Notes: generated from the letters alone by a model not told the origin. A stretch of 64,000 nt of DNA from an uncultured Gemmatimonadales bacterium (GCA_963823035.1 CAWGKG010000018.1:448001-512000), one strand, 5' to 3'. Positions 44,597 to 55,547 are shown, counted from the stretch's first letter. Translations and numbers: made by a program.

Positions 44597-47130
44597 GACT
44601 TCTTCTTGCCCCGGCCCGCCCCTCCGGCGCTCTTGCGGCCCTTCTTCGCGCCCCCCTTCCTCCCTCTTCCCTTCCCCTTCCGTGCCGCCGCCTTCGCGAG
44701 CAGCTCGACCGCCTCGTCCATCTCGAGCTCCTCCGGCTCCATGTCCTTCGGCAACGTGGCGTTCACCTTTCCGTCCGTGACGTACGGGCCGAAGCGGCCG
44801 GCCACCACCACGAGGTCGTCGCCGCTCACCGGGTGCGGGCCGAGCTCCTTGAGGGCGACGCGCTTCCCCGACTCCTTGGCCTTGATCAGCTCGATCGCGT
44901 CCGCGAGCGAGATCTCCCACAGCTCCTGGTCGTTGTTCAGGCTCGCGAACGTCTTCCCCCGCCTGACGAAGGGTCCGTAGCGGCCGATCCCCGCGACCAC
45001 CTCTTCGCCCGTGTCGCCGTCCGTGCCGATCGTCCGGGGAAGCGACAGCAGCTTCACCGCGTACCCCAGATCGATGTCCGCCGGCGCCTTCCCCTCGGGG
45101 AGGCTCACCCGCTTGGGCTTCTCGTCCTGCGACTCGGGCGTCAGCTCCACGTACGGCCCGTACGGACCCGTCTTCAGGAGCACCGGGCGGCCTTCCTCCG
45201 GATGGTCGCCGAGCGCCTCTCCCTCCCCGGTCGAGCCGTCCAGAGAGCGCGTGCTCTGGCATTCCGGGTAGCCCGAGCACCCCAGGAAGCGGCCGTACTT
45301 GTTCCAGCGGACGAGCATCGGGCGACCGCATCGCTCGCACGACTCGCCCTCCGCGCGGAGGATCTCCTTGATGATCTCGTCCGAGTTCGCCTTGCCCGCA
45401 TCGACGCGCTCACGGAAACCCGGATAGAACCCCGACAGGAGCGCACGCCACTCCACTTCGCCCTCCTCGACGCGGTCGAGCTCGTTCTCCATCCGGCTGG
45501 TGAACTCGACGTCGAAGATGCGCGGGAAGATGCGTACGAGCAGCTTCGCCACCACCTCCCCGAGGTCGGTCGGGGTGAAGCGTTTCTGATCCAGCTCGAC
45601 GTAGCCGCGATCGACGATGGTGGACAGGATCTGGGCGTACGTGGAGGGGCGCCCGATGCCGAGCTTCTCGAGCTCGCGGACGAGGCTGGCCTCCGAGAAG
45701 CGCGGGGGCGGCTGCGTGAAGTGCTGCCTGGGCTCGAGGCCGCGGAGCTCGCTCGTGTCGCCCTCATCCAGCGCAGGGAGCGGCTCCAGGTCGTCCAGCC
45801 GGCGATGGTCGCCGGCCTCCTTCGCCTCGACGTAGAGGCGCGTGAAGCCCTCGAACTTCACGACCGAGCCCGTCGCACGGTACAGGTACGTTCGGGCGTT
45901 GCTGCCCCGGAGGTCGAAGTCGACCGTGGTGGTGTCGTAGACCGCGGGCGCCATCTGTCCCGCCACGAAGCGCAGCCAGATCAGCTCGTACAGGCGCGCG
46001 GCGTCACGCTCCAGGTACCGCGCGGCCTCCGCGGGGTGCAGCGTGGCGTCGCTCGGGCGGATGGCCTCGTGCGCCTCCTGCGCGCCCTTCTGCTGCTTCC
46101 CGGCCCACAGGCGCGGGGCGGATGCCAGGAAGTCGTTCCCGAACTCCCCTGCGATCCAGCTGCGCGCCTCCTCCACCGCCACGGGCGACACGCGCGTCGA
46201 GTCCGTACGCATGTAGGTGATGAGACCCACCGTGCCGCGTGCGCCGACCTCGAGACCTTCGTAGAGGCGCTGCGCGACGGACATGGTGCGGCGCGCCGAG
46301 AAGCCGAGCCGCTTGGCCGCCTCCTGCTGGAGCGTCGACGTGGTGAAGGGCGCCGAGGGGTTCTTGCGCCGCTCCCTCCGCTTCACGTCCGTGACGGCGA
46401 AGGGGACGCCGCTCACCGCGTCCACCGCGGCCTGCGCCGCCGCTTCGTCGCCCAGCGTGAACGCCTTGCCGTCGATCTGGTGCAGCTTGGCGTCGAAGGT
46501 GTGGTCTTCCCTGGCGAGGTGCGCCGTGATCGACCAGTACTCCTCGGTCACGAACGCGCGGATCTCCGTCTCGCGCTCGCAGATCAACCGCAGGGCCACG
46601 GTCTGGACCCGTCCGGCCGACAGCCCCGGGCGGATGGGCTTCCACAGGAGCGGGCTGACCTGGTAGCCGACGAGGCGGTCGAGGATGCGCCGCGCCTGTT
46701 GCGCTTCCACCTTCTTCATGTCGATCAGGCCCGGGTGCTCCAGCGCCTCCAGAACGGCCCGCTTCGTGATCTCGCGGAACTGCACCCTGCGGAAACGCTC
46801 ACCGTCGTGTTCGGCGTATCCGAGCTGCTCGGCGACGTGGTAGGCGATCGCCTCACCCTCGCGATCAGGGTCGGTGGCGAGGATCACCATCGACGCCCCC
46901 TTCGCCTTCTTCTTGAGGTCGGCGAGTACGGGGCCCTTTCCGCGGATCGTCACGTAGTGCGGCTCGAACCCGTGGTCGACGTCGACCCCCAACTCCTTCG
47001 TGGGCAGGTCGCGCACGTGCCCGACCGACGCCGCGACCTGGTACCGACTGCCCAGGTACTTGCCGATCGTCCGGGCTTTCGCCGGCGACTCCACGATGAC
47101 GAGGTGCTTCCCGCCGCTCTTTTCGGTCAT
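44593..47130 (-). CDS. topA: DNA topoisomerase I
   Basis: LVIVESPAKA, ATDPDREGEAI, SAGRVQ, ITYMRTDS; zinc ribbon, C-terminal repeats, Lys-rich tail. Confidence 0.98.
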   Translation of the reverse strand: MTEKSGGKHLVIVESPAKARTIGKYLGSRYQVAASVGHVRDLPTKELGVDVDHGFEPHYVTIRGKGPVLADLKKKAKGASMVILATDPDREGEAIAYHVAEQLGYAEHDGERFRRVQFREITKRAVLEALEHPGLIDMKKVEAQQARRILDRLVGYQVSPLLWKPIRPGLSAGRVQTVALRLICERETEIRAFVTEEYWSITAHLAREDHTFDAKLHQIDGKAFTLGDEAAAQAAVDAVSGVPFAVTDVKRRERRKNPSAPFTTSTLQQEAAKRLGFSARRTMSVAQRLYEGLEVGARGTVGLITYMRTDSTRVSPVAVEEARSWIAGEFGNDFLASAPRLWAGKQQKGAQEAHEAIRPSDATLHPAEAARYLERDAARLYELIWLRFVAGQMAPAVYDTTTVDFDLRGSNARTYLYRATGSVVKFEGFTRLYVEAKEAGDHRRLDDLEPLPALDEGDTSELRGLEPRQHFTQPPPRFSEASLVRELEKLGIGRPSTYAQILSTIVDRGYVELDQKRFTPTDLGEVVAKLLVRIFPRIFDVEFTSRMENELDRVEEGEVEWRALLSGFYPGFRERVDAGKANSDEIIKEILRAEGESCERCGRPMLVRWNKYGRFLGCSGYPECQSTRSLDGSTGEGEALGDHPEEGRPVLLKTGPYGPYVELTPESQDEKPKRVSLPEGKAPADIDLGYAVKLLSLPRTIGTDGDTGEEVVAGIGRYGPFVRRGKTFASLNNDQELWEISLADAIELIKAKESGKRVALKELGPHPVSGDDLVVVAGRFGPYVTDGKVNATLPKDMEPEELEMDEAVELLAKAAARKGKGRGRKGGAKKGRKSAGGAGRGKKKS

Positions 47131-47137
47131 GCCGTTC

Positions 47138-47677
47138 TCACGTCCCTACCGCAGAATTGCTTCGGTGGCGCTCCACCAGCGCCAGGATGGTCCTACTCAC
47201 ATCTATCGGTGTCCGCCCGTCCGTGTCCACCTCCGCCTGCGCCTCGGCATACGCGGACACCCGTCGCTCGAGCAGCCGACGCGCAGTCGCGAGCGGATCG
47301 GGGCCCGTGAGGAGCGGGCGGTCGCCCGAGGACCCCGCGCGAGCCACCGCGACCTCGGGCGACACGCGCAGCCACACGCTCAGCGTCCCGGGGGGGAGGG
47401 CCTTCAGGCGACCCGGCACGGCCGCCCACCCTCCACCGCTGCCCAGCACCACATCCGCTTCCTCGAGGAGGGCCCGGGCGACGCCTTCCTCCACCGAGCG
47501 GAAGTACGGCTCGCCCTCGTCCGCGAAGATCCGAGGCACGGAGCGACCTTCTTCCTGCTCGATGCGGTCGTCGAAATCCACGAACCTCCAGGAGAGCGCT
47601 TCGGCGACCAGCGGTCCGACGGTGGACTTGCCGGAGCCCATGAAGCCGACCAGGAGAACGCGTCGAATCGCGGTCAC
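47138..47677 (-). CDS. aroK: Shikimate kinase
   Basis: LVGFMGSGKSTVG, GEPYFR..E, GGG, RPLL. Confidence 0.93.
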   Translation of the reverse strand: MTAIRRVLLVGFMGSGKSTVGPLVAEALSWRFVDFDDRIEQEEGRSVPRIFADEGEPYFRSVEEGVARALLEEADVVLGSGGGWAAVPGRLKALPPGTLSVWLRVSPEVAVARAGSSGDRPLLTGPDPLATARRLLERRVSAYAEAQAEVDTDGRTPIDVSRTILALVERHRSNSAVGT

Positions 47678-48882
47678 CGCTCCCCGAATCCTCGGTCGCT
47701 GAGGTACGCGACGTATCCCTCGAAGTTCCGCCGGATCTCCCCGATGGAGTCGCCCCCGAACTTCTGCAGGAAGGCGTTCGCCACCACCAGCGCCACCATC
47801 GTCTCGCCCACCACGGCCGCAGCGGGGACCGCGCACACGTCGCTCCGCTCCACGGCCGCGTCGCCCACCGAGCCGTCGCGCAGATCCACGCTCGGGAGGG
47901 GTTTGCGCAGGGTCGAGATCGGCTTCATGGCACCCCGCACCACGAGGGGCTCCCCCGTGGTGACCCCACCCTCCAGCCCGCCGGCCCGGTTGGAGGCGCG
48001 CCCGAGCCGACCGGTGCGCGCCTTGTCGGGCGCCCGCACGATCGGGTCGTGTACCTCCGAGCCCGGACGGCGCGCCCCCTCGAAGCCCAGGCCGATCTCC
48101 ACGCCCTTGACCGCCTGGATGGACATCATGGCGCCGGCCAGCCGACCGTCGAGCTTCTCGTCCCACGCGACGTAGCTGCCCAGGCCCGCGGGCACGCCGG
48201 TGGCGACCACCTCGAACACCCCACCGAGCGTGTCTCCGCGTTCCTTCGCCGCGTCGATCGCCGCGGTCATCCGGGCCGACGCATCCGGGTCCAGACAGCG
48301 GACGGGGTCCTCCGCGACGGCAGCGTTGAGGTCCTCGGGAAGCGTCCGGGGCAGCTCGGCCACCACGTCCCCGATCGACACCACGTGGCTGGCGACGTGG
48401 ATGCCGAACTCGTCGAGAAGGCGCTTGGCGACCGCACCGCAGGCGACGCGGGCCGCCGTCTCGCGCGCGCTGGCCCGCTCGAGGACGTCGCGCACGTCCC
48501 GCCGGTCGTACTTGAGCGCGCCTACGAGGTCCGCATGGCCCGGCCGGGGAAGGTAGTGCGGCCGGAGCGCCTTGGGGTTCACGTCCGCCGGGGGCCGCAC
48601 CGCGCTCATCGCCACCTGCCAGTTCTCCCAGTCGCGATTCCAGACGAGCATCGCGAGCGGCGACCCGAGCGTCTCCCCGAGTCGAACGCCGCTGAGCAGC
48701 TCCGCGCGGTCGGACTCGATCAGCATCCTGCGACCGCGGCCGTATCCTCCCTGTCGCCGGCGCAGCTCGGGGTCCACGTCGCGCTCCATGTCGAGCAGCA
48801 GACCGGCCGGAAGGCCTTCGAGCAGCGCAACGAGTCCACGCCCGTGGGATTCGCCCGCCGTCCGGAACCGCAATCCGTCCAT
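47674..48882 (-). CDS. aroC: Chorismate synthase
   Basis: TAGESHG, RRQGGYGRG, PRPGHAD, ERASARETA, KPISTL, ERSDVCAVP. Confidence 0.97.
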   Translation of the reverse strand: MDGLRFRTAGESHGRGLVALLEGLPAGLLLDMERDVDPELRRRQGGYGRGRRMLIESDRAELLSGVRLGETLGSPLAMLVWNRDWENWQVAMSAVRPPADVNPKALRPHYLPRPGHADLVGALKYDRRDVRDVLERASARETAARVACGAVAKRLLDEFGIHVASHVVSIGDVVAELPRTLPEDLNAAVAEDPVRCLDPDASARMTAAIDAAKERGDTLGGVFEVVATGVPAGLGSYVAWDEKLDGRLAGAMMSIQAVKGVEIGLGFEGARRPGSEVHDPIVRAPDKARTGRLGRASNRAGGLEGGVTTGEPLVVRGAMKPISTLRKPLPSVDLRDGSVGDAAVERSDVCAVPAAAVVGETMVALVVANAFLQKFGGDSIGEIRRNFEGYVAYLSDRGFGER

Positions 48883-49014
48883 GCACCCGCCTCTCGGGGA
48901 TCGCCGCCAAAGCAAAGCCCGGCCGAGCCGGGCTGCGTACCGATCGAGTGTGACGTCGTCGCGACATCGCCTCCGGGCGCTTTCTTCCCGAATCGGCTCG
49001 ATCGTCCTTCTATC

Positions 49015-49043
49015 TATATAGAGGAGGACCCCGGCTCGTCCAA
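49015..49043 (-). promoter_or_regulatory. Candidate sigma70 promoter for the aroC-aroK-topA run
   Basis: TTGGAC-N17-TATATA on the minus strand. Confidence 0.45.
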
Positions 49044-49064
49044 GCCCTGGCCCCCACCGGCCCT

Positions 49065-49106
49065 CAAAGGAACGCCCCGGCGGACCATGGCCCGCCGGGG
49101 CGTCCC
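49065..49106 (-). terminator. Intrinsic terminator closing the pil operon
   Basis: GGGACGCCCCGGCGG/CCGCCGGGGCGTTCC stem followed by TTTG on the minus strand. Confidence 0.6.
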
Positions 49107-49128
49107 GACACCTCGTGGAAGGGTGCGA

Positions 49129-51919
49129 TCAGTTCCGCGCCGGATGCTCGCTGAGCACGTCCGCCTTCCGCACGTCGATCACCACCACGCCGCCCGCCGC
49201 CGTCGTGGCGAACAGCTTCACCACCACACAGCGGTCCTCGCTCGACCCGTTCGGACCGATCGGGCTGTTGAAGTCACCGCCGTTGTAGATGCGCACCGCG
49301 TTGCCGATGACGTCGCCGCGCTTGTCGGTGACCGCGATGGTCCCGCAGCTGAAGGCGGCGTTGTCGGCCGCGAACGGGAGGATGGCCCGCAGCGGTCCGG
49401 TGATGTTGTCGCGGATGTGCACGCGGCCGACGCGCGTGAAGCGCTGCGTGTCGATGATGTCCACCGTGCGCTGCCCGCTGGCCACGAAGGCCAGATGCGT
49501 GTCCGGGCGGTACTCGCCGCCGAGGTTCTCCAGCGTGCGGCTGTTCGCGTGCAGCGGATGCAGCGCCGCCCCCGAGCCGCTGCCCGCCAGCGGGATCTCC
49601 GTGAGACCCTGCAGACGCAGGTCCGACGGGCTGATGAAGTACGCCGCCAGGCGCCCGCGCACCACGCCGAGCGTGCCGTCGTAGTTGAGCCCGAGCCCAC
49701 GCACCTCCTCCGCCGGGTTGGTGAGGAGGTCGGAGACCTGCAGCCACCTCGTCAGCGACGTGGTGTCCGCCTGCCTGGCCTGATAGGTGAGCACGCGTCC
49801 GACCGGGCTGGTGCCGCCTTCACCGACGGAGACCCACCCGCCGTCGCCCGAGGCGGCCACGTACGTCGTGTCCTTGAACGTGACGCTCGGGATGTTCCAC
49901 GTCGCGCCGGACTCGCAGTACATGTCCCCGCCCTTGGCGTTCAGACGCGCCGCGGCGTCACAAACGGGATCGGCGTCGAGCACGCTCAGGTCGGCGCTGA
50001 TGATGTTGGACGGGAAGCCCGGTACGTGATCGAAGAAGCGGACGGCCGACACCGTGTCCGTCCCGAGCGAGTCCGTGAAGATCTCGGCGATGCCCACCAG
50101 CGAGTCGATGTGCGCGACCGCCCAGTTGTCTTCCTGCGCGTTGTTGATGGCGTGCTCGACGAAGATCTTCGCCTCGGTGCGATCCCAGCCGGACTCGAAG
50201 TAGCCCTTCCGAGCCGTTCCCAGGTCTCCCACGCTCGATGTCTTCGTCGAGTACACGAGGTTGCCGAAGGAGTCGACGGCCACGAACTGCGGGCGATCCG
50301 AGAACGACGGCGACTGGGGCCGCGGATGCGGCGACACCAGGTACTGGACGCCCGCATCGCCCGTTCTCTGCTCGATGTCGAAGAGGATCACGTCCGGCGT
50401 GAGGAAGCGCTCACCGTCGACCTCGGTCTCGTTGTTCAGGTCGACCAGGGAGAGGTTCGTGCCGCCAGAGTTGCCGACCCACATGGACTGGTTGTCCCGG
50501 GTCAGAGCGAGGCCCCATGGCTCCGAGCCCACGCCGATGGCGTTCCGGAACGACTCGGTCTTCAGGTCGAAGACCTCGACCCGATTGGACTCGATGTTGG
50601 AGAGGAAGAGGTTCCGCCGCACCGTGTCGACGACCGCGTCCATGATGCGGCCGCCCGACACCGGAAGCAGCACGGTCTTCCCTGCCACGATCTCGCGGGT
50701 GATGCGCTCACCCGTGCGCCCCAGCGCGACCGTATAGCCGGCGGTGGCGTCGCAGGCGAGCGCGCGCAGCGTGTCACCGCCGACGCTGGCACCGCAGTTC
50801 CCCTGCCCGTCCCGCATCCACGTCGTCACCTCGAAGACCAGCGTATCCGGGAGGCTGAGCGAGTCGACGTTGAACGTCGGCACGTCGAAGGTCTGCGATA
50901 CCGTCCCGGTTCTCGGGGGCGAGAAGGTCCGGGAGTCCGAACGCACCAGCGTGGTGCCGCGCGTCTGGGAGATCGACAGGACGGTGTAGCCCACCTCGGC
51001 GATCCCCCCGCCTTGCGTGTTGTCCGCGCCCGTGACCTGCACGGAGAGCTCGTCCTGGACCTCCATGCGATCCGAGGACGGTGTCGTCACCGTCTGACGC
51101 AGCCGCGGAACGATCGTGTCACCCACGGTGGAGGAGATCACGGTCAGCGTGATGGGGCCGTCCTGTCCGGAGACGTCCAGCGCGTTGCGGGCGACCGCCG
51201 CCAGCGTGATCGTCCCCGTGGTGCCGGCCGGCACCGTGACGACCGTGTCGACGACCACCGAATCCGTCAGGTGCGGGGAAGGAGCGCGTCAGCGTGCGGC
51301 TGAAGGCGCCGCCGATGTCGATGCGCACCTGTGTGATGCCCTGTGGGTCCTGCGCCCGCACCCTCAGGCTGAGGTTCAGCCCGGCCTGGATGGACTGGCC
51401 GTCCTCGACGTCGAGGATCTGCACGTCCGGCCCGCCGAGCACGAGGCTCACCGTATCCGCCCGGACGTTGCCCACGTCGTCGGTGGCCTCCACCACGATG
51501 AGGCCCGTCTCCTTGGTGGAGTCCGGCGTGGCCAGCAGGTAGCGCATGATCGTCGTGTCCCGCACCCCCGCGGGGAGCGTGACCGTCTTCTCGGCGTATC
51601 GCTGCACCACCACGTCCGTGCCCAGCTCGGGGTCACCGCGCACGGCGATCCCGTAGAAGCGCAGCGACGCGACGGCCACGTTGTCCTTCACGCGCGCCGC
51701 CACGTAGACCGAGTCGCCCAGCGGCTTCGCCGAAAGCGAATCGCCCCTCGGCGACGTGATCGTGACCTCGGGGGCCGTGGGGTCGTTCGCGTTCCCCCCA
51801 CCGGGACCCCCGGGCACGCTGAAGAGGTTCTCGCCTTCGCAGGCCGCGACCACCATGACGGCCACCATGGCAATCGCCGTGAGCGCGGCGCGCAATCCCT
51901 TGTTCCTGTTACGCAGCAT
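49129..51919 (-). CDS. Large hypothetical lipoprotein (~930 aa) with Ig-like and YVTN-type beta-propeller regions (frameshift near 51270)
   Basis: Lipobox VAAC; D.TAP.V.I.SP Ig-like starts; IGVGSEPWGLAL..WVGNSG..LSLVDL propeller blade; two ORF halves join in register. Confidence 0.72.
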
Positions 51920-51949
51920 TTTCGGTTCGCTCCCTGTGGACCCGATCAG

Positions 51950-53729
51950 TCAGTTGGAGCCCCGCACGATATGCGGAGTCACGAGGATGATCAGATCACG
52001 CTGAACCGTCTGCTCACGGTTGACCCGGAAGAGTCGACCGATGACCGGAAGGTTCATGAGGAGGGGGATACCGGACCGGACCTCTGTCCGCTCGCTCTGC
52101 GTGAGACCCGCGATGACGGCCGTCTCGCCGTCCTCTACCAGCACCCGCGTACGGGCTTCCTGCGTCTGCTTGACGAAGCCGACGTCCGAATTCGCGAGGT
52201 CGGCCGACGAGCGCTCCGCGCTCAGCTCGAGGAGAATGTTGCCGTTCGCGGTGACGTGGGGTGTGGCCTGCAGGATGATGCCGGTCTCCTCGGTGGAGAC
52301 CTGGGCGCGCGGGAAGATGCCCTGACCCGCCGCACCGGCCCCACCACCGGCGCCCGCGTCGATCGTACGCACGGGGACGTCGACACCGACCTTGATGCGG
52401 GCCTGCACGTTGTCCAGCGTCGTGATCTGCGGGATGGCCTGGACGTCGCTCAGGTTCACCTGCGAGAGCGCGTCCAGGAAGCTGACGAGCTGGTGCCGGC
52501 CGATGACCAGCGAGCTCAGCAGCGTGAGGCTCGGCGACGTCAGACGCTCCTTGGCGTTGCCCAGCGCGGCGATCGAGTTGCCGCCGAGGAGCACCACGGC
52601 CTCGCCCTGCTGCACGGCTTCGTCGGGCAGGGTGATCGTTCCGTCGCCGTTGAGATCGGCCGCACCGGACGAGAGCTGGTTGATCTGGTTGCCGCGCGAG
52701 TCCTTGACCTCGTAGCTGACACCGAGCTCGTCCAGGTCCGTGCGGTCCACGAAGATGATCTTCGCCTGGATCGACACCTGCGGCGTGCGCACGTCGAGCT
52801 CCTGCAGGAGCGCCCGCACCGCGTTCTGGACGCGGTTGATGTCGTTCACGATCAGCGTGTTCGTGCCCTGCCCAGCGGTGATGCTGCCTCGCTCGGAGAG
52901 GAGCGGCTGTGATCTGTGTCTGCAGCTCGGTCGCCGTCCCGTAGTTGATGCGGTGGGCAACGGTGACGATCGGCTCGACGGCCTCACGGTCGTTCAGGTC
53001 CGTGATGTTGTCGACCCGGATGATCCCGTAGTCGTTCTCCTCGGCGATCAGCCCCTGCCCGGAGAGGATCGCGTTCAGCGCCGCGTCCCAGGGCTGGTCG
53101 CGGATATCCGCGGTGACGACGCCCGAGACATTCGAGCCCGGAACGATCGACTTCCCGGAGAAGGACGCGAACGCGAGGAGCACGTCCTGGATCGGGGTCG
53201 CCGTGAAGGTGATCGAGATGCGCCGGTTCTGGCTGAGCTGCTGGCCCGATCCGAAGCTGGCCGTGCGGGACAGCGCCGACGGAGCCGGCTGAGGCTTCGC
53301 GACAGGCTTGGCGGCCACGGGCGAGGCGACGGGCTCGACGACCCCGGAGCTCCAGGGCGCGAAGTCGCCGCCCGGATTGTCCAGGGAGATCCTGAGTCCA
53401 TGCGGATCACGGGCGATCGTGTAGCCCACCTTGCCGTTCAGCTCGAGCACGACCCGGACCACGTCCGGGGAGTACTGACTGGTACGCACGGCGCGGATTC
53501 CACCCCGGTTGACATTCGCGTACACGTCGCGTGAAAGGGCGTGGCGGGACCCCATGAGGTCCACGACCAGGCGGTCCGGACCTTCCATGGTGAAGTCCCG
53601 GAAGTCGACCTGCCCGTCCACCGAGATGAGGACGCTGGTCTGCTGGGCCGCCGGGGTGATGGCCACCTCGGTGACCGGTCCCCCGAGGGTCATGAGGGCA
53701 CTCGTCCAAAGCGCGAATATCGAGGTCAT
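51950..53729 (-). CDS. pilQ: Type IV pilus secretin PilQ with N-terminal AMIN domain (frameshift near 52905)
   Basis: PDRLVVDL/VVRVVLEL (AMIN), QPWDAAL, LD...QV.IQAKI, TG..L..TPH, GIP.L..LP.IG.LF, LIILVTPHIV. Confidence 0.92.
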
Positions 53730-54214
53730 GGAGTGCCTCCCAGGCGCCGGGTCTCCAGCTGCATGATCTTCTGCTCCGTGAGTCCGAACTCCTCGACCTC
53801 CACCACGACTTGCTCGCGGCGGATCTCGATCACCCGGACGTTTCCGATCGACTGTCCCACCTTCAGATACCACGACTTCCCTTCGGTGATCGAAACACTC
53901 CGGCCATCCTCGGAGACGGTGACCGCGCTCGTCCCGAGCACGGCCACGCTCGACGCCGGATCGGCGTCGTGGATGATGCCCATCACGCGGAGCTGCTCGA
54001 AGCGCGGCCCACCCTCTCCGGCGACCAGCGGCCGGAACGGATTCCGTCGCTGAAAGGCGGGATAGCGAAAGACCTCACGCTCGAACACGAGCTCCGTCGG
54101 GCCCTGCTGCTGGGCCGGCGGCGGCTGTTGCTGCTGCCCGCGCAGGCCCATCGGGAGGAGCGACGTCCACGCGACGAGGACGAGGCCCCAGCGAATGCGC
54201 TTCACGATCGTCAT
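53726..54214 (-). CDS. pilP: PilP-like protein
   Basis: RRNPFRP motif, L.V.GII, Y.LKVGQ.IG..V..I; position between pilO and pilQ. Confidence 0.7.
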   Translation of the reverse strand: MTIVKRIRWGLVLVAWTSLLPMGLRGQQQQPPPAQQQGPTELVFEREVFRYPAFQRRNPFRPLVAGEGGPRFEQLRVMGIIHDADPASSVAVLGTSAVTVSEDGRSVSITEGKSWYLKVGQSIGNVRVIEIRREQVVVEVEEFGLTEQKIMQLETRRLGGTP

Positions 54215-54825
54215 CCCTCCGACCCCCCTTGCGTAGCCGGGGGCTGCGAGCTCGGGTCCGGCAGGACGTAGGTCTCGATCCGGAACGTCGCGAGCACGGG
54301 GGCCTCGACCTCCGGGAAGAGCTGGGGCTGCGGATGCGGCGCCAGCTCGAGTTGAACGGGGTTCACGATCCGCGAGAGGCTGGCCACGTCCGTCAGGAAG
54401 TGACCCACCGCGTGGTAGTCCCCCGACACCGCCATCTCGTACGACATCTTGTTGTAGTAGGCGCTGGCTTCCGCGGGCTCGGGGAGGAGACGGGTCATCT
54501 CCACGCCGTCCTGGCGGGCGCGCACCGACATGTCGTCGAGCAGCACCGGCACTTCTTCGGCGGCCGGAATCAGCTCCTCGAGCTTGCTGACCTGGCGCTC
54601 GTACAGCGCCATGCGCTCCTCGAGATCGCCGCCGCCCCGTGCGGCGAGCACCTGCGCGCGGCGGTTCTGCCCCTCGAGCGTCTCGAGGCGCTCCTGCATG
54701 CTCGCGACCTCTTCGCGCTTCCCCTTGTACCAGAAGGAGTAGAAGGGGTAGATGAGGGCGAGCAGCAGGATCGCGGCCAGAAGGGCGTTGCGCTGCTTGG
54801 GAACCGCGGGATTGTACCAGGCCAT
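54211..54825 (-). CDS. pilO: Type IV pilus assembly protein PilO
   Basis: TM segment plus coiled coil, LIP..EVP.LL, GDYH.VG.FL..VASL.RIV. Confidence 0.9.
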   Translation of the reverse strand: MAWYNPAVPKQRNALLAAILLLALIYPFYSFWYKGKREEVASMQERLETLEGQNRRAQVLAARGGGDLEERMALYERQVSKLEELIPAAEEVPVLLDDMSVRARQDGVEMTRLLPEPAEASAYYNKMSYEMAVSGDYHAVGHFLTDVASLSRIVNPVQLELAPHPQPQLFPEVEAPVLATFRIETYVLPDPSSQPPATQGGSEG

Positions 54826-54828
54826 GGG

Positions 54829-55524
54829 TCAGCCTCCCGTCGTGTCGGAGGCGGGGAGTCGGGCCACACCCCCTTCGAACAGGGGCACCGTCTCGAGCTC
54901 GTCCATCGGGGGCGCGTCGTAGGTCACGGTGAGCTCGAACTGGTAGATGAGGTCGCTCGAACTGTTCTCCGCGAGGCTCTGCTCGGACCGCTCGAGATGC
55001 ACCTGACGCAGGAAGCGCGAGGCCTCGAGGTTCCGCATGAAGTTCGTGATCGCGAAGTTGCTTCCCGCCCGACCGGTGATGCGGATCTGGAGGGGATCAC
55101 CCTCCGCCTGCGTGATCTCGCGCAACCACGTGTAGTCGGGAAGCGCGCGCGCGACCTCGTCCAGGACGTGCGGCCACGTGTAGCGGCCCGCGTCGATATC
55201 CTGGATGATGCTGACCCGCTGCGCGATCGAGTCGCGCCGCGCGGTGAGCTGGTTCGTGCGTGCGATGACGTCGGCGAAGCGCAGGGAGTCCTGGACGGCC
55301 TCGTCCAGCGCCACCTGCGTCTCCTCGCGATCTCCGCGGACATCCAGGAAGAGCCAGCCGACGACCAGGAGGGTGACGATGCCCGCCGCCGCCGCTCCGA
55401 GAATGTACGGGTCGCCCGGCATGCCCCCGCCGCCCACCTTGGGCAGCGACAGACCGGAGAGGGAAAGGCCACGCCCCTTGGAGGAGCGCTTCTTTCCGCC
55501 CGGAAGTAGGTTGACTTCGATCAA
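54829..55524 (-). CDS. pilN: Type IV pilus assembly protein PilN
   Basis: MIEVNLLP (INLLP) PilM-binding motif, TM segment, LP...WL, FM.NLE.S. Confidence 0.92.
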   Translation of the reverse strand: MIEVNLLPGGKKRSSKGRGLSLSGLSLPKVGGGGMPGDPYILGAAAAGIVTLLVVGWLFLDVRGDREETQVALDEAVQDSLRFADVIARTNQLTARRDSIAQRVSIIQDIDAGRYTWPHVLDEVARALPDYTWLREITQAEGDPLQIRITGRAGSNFAITNFMRNLEASRFLRQVHLERSEQSLAENSSSDLIYQFELTVTYDAPPMDELETVPLFEGGVARLPASDTTGG

Positions 55525-55547
55525 GGCTCAGCCCCGTCCTTGGCGCC

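Noticed and set aside
48049..51303. Very long antisense ORFs (1084 aa here; also 24898-27459, 44833-47310, 10553-12667, 22385-24925)
   Set aside because: Shadow ORFs opposite real genes, expected from high-GC codon bias; no recognisable motifs.
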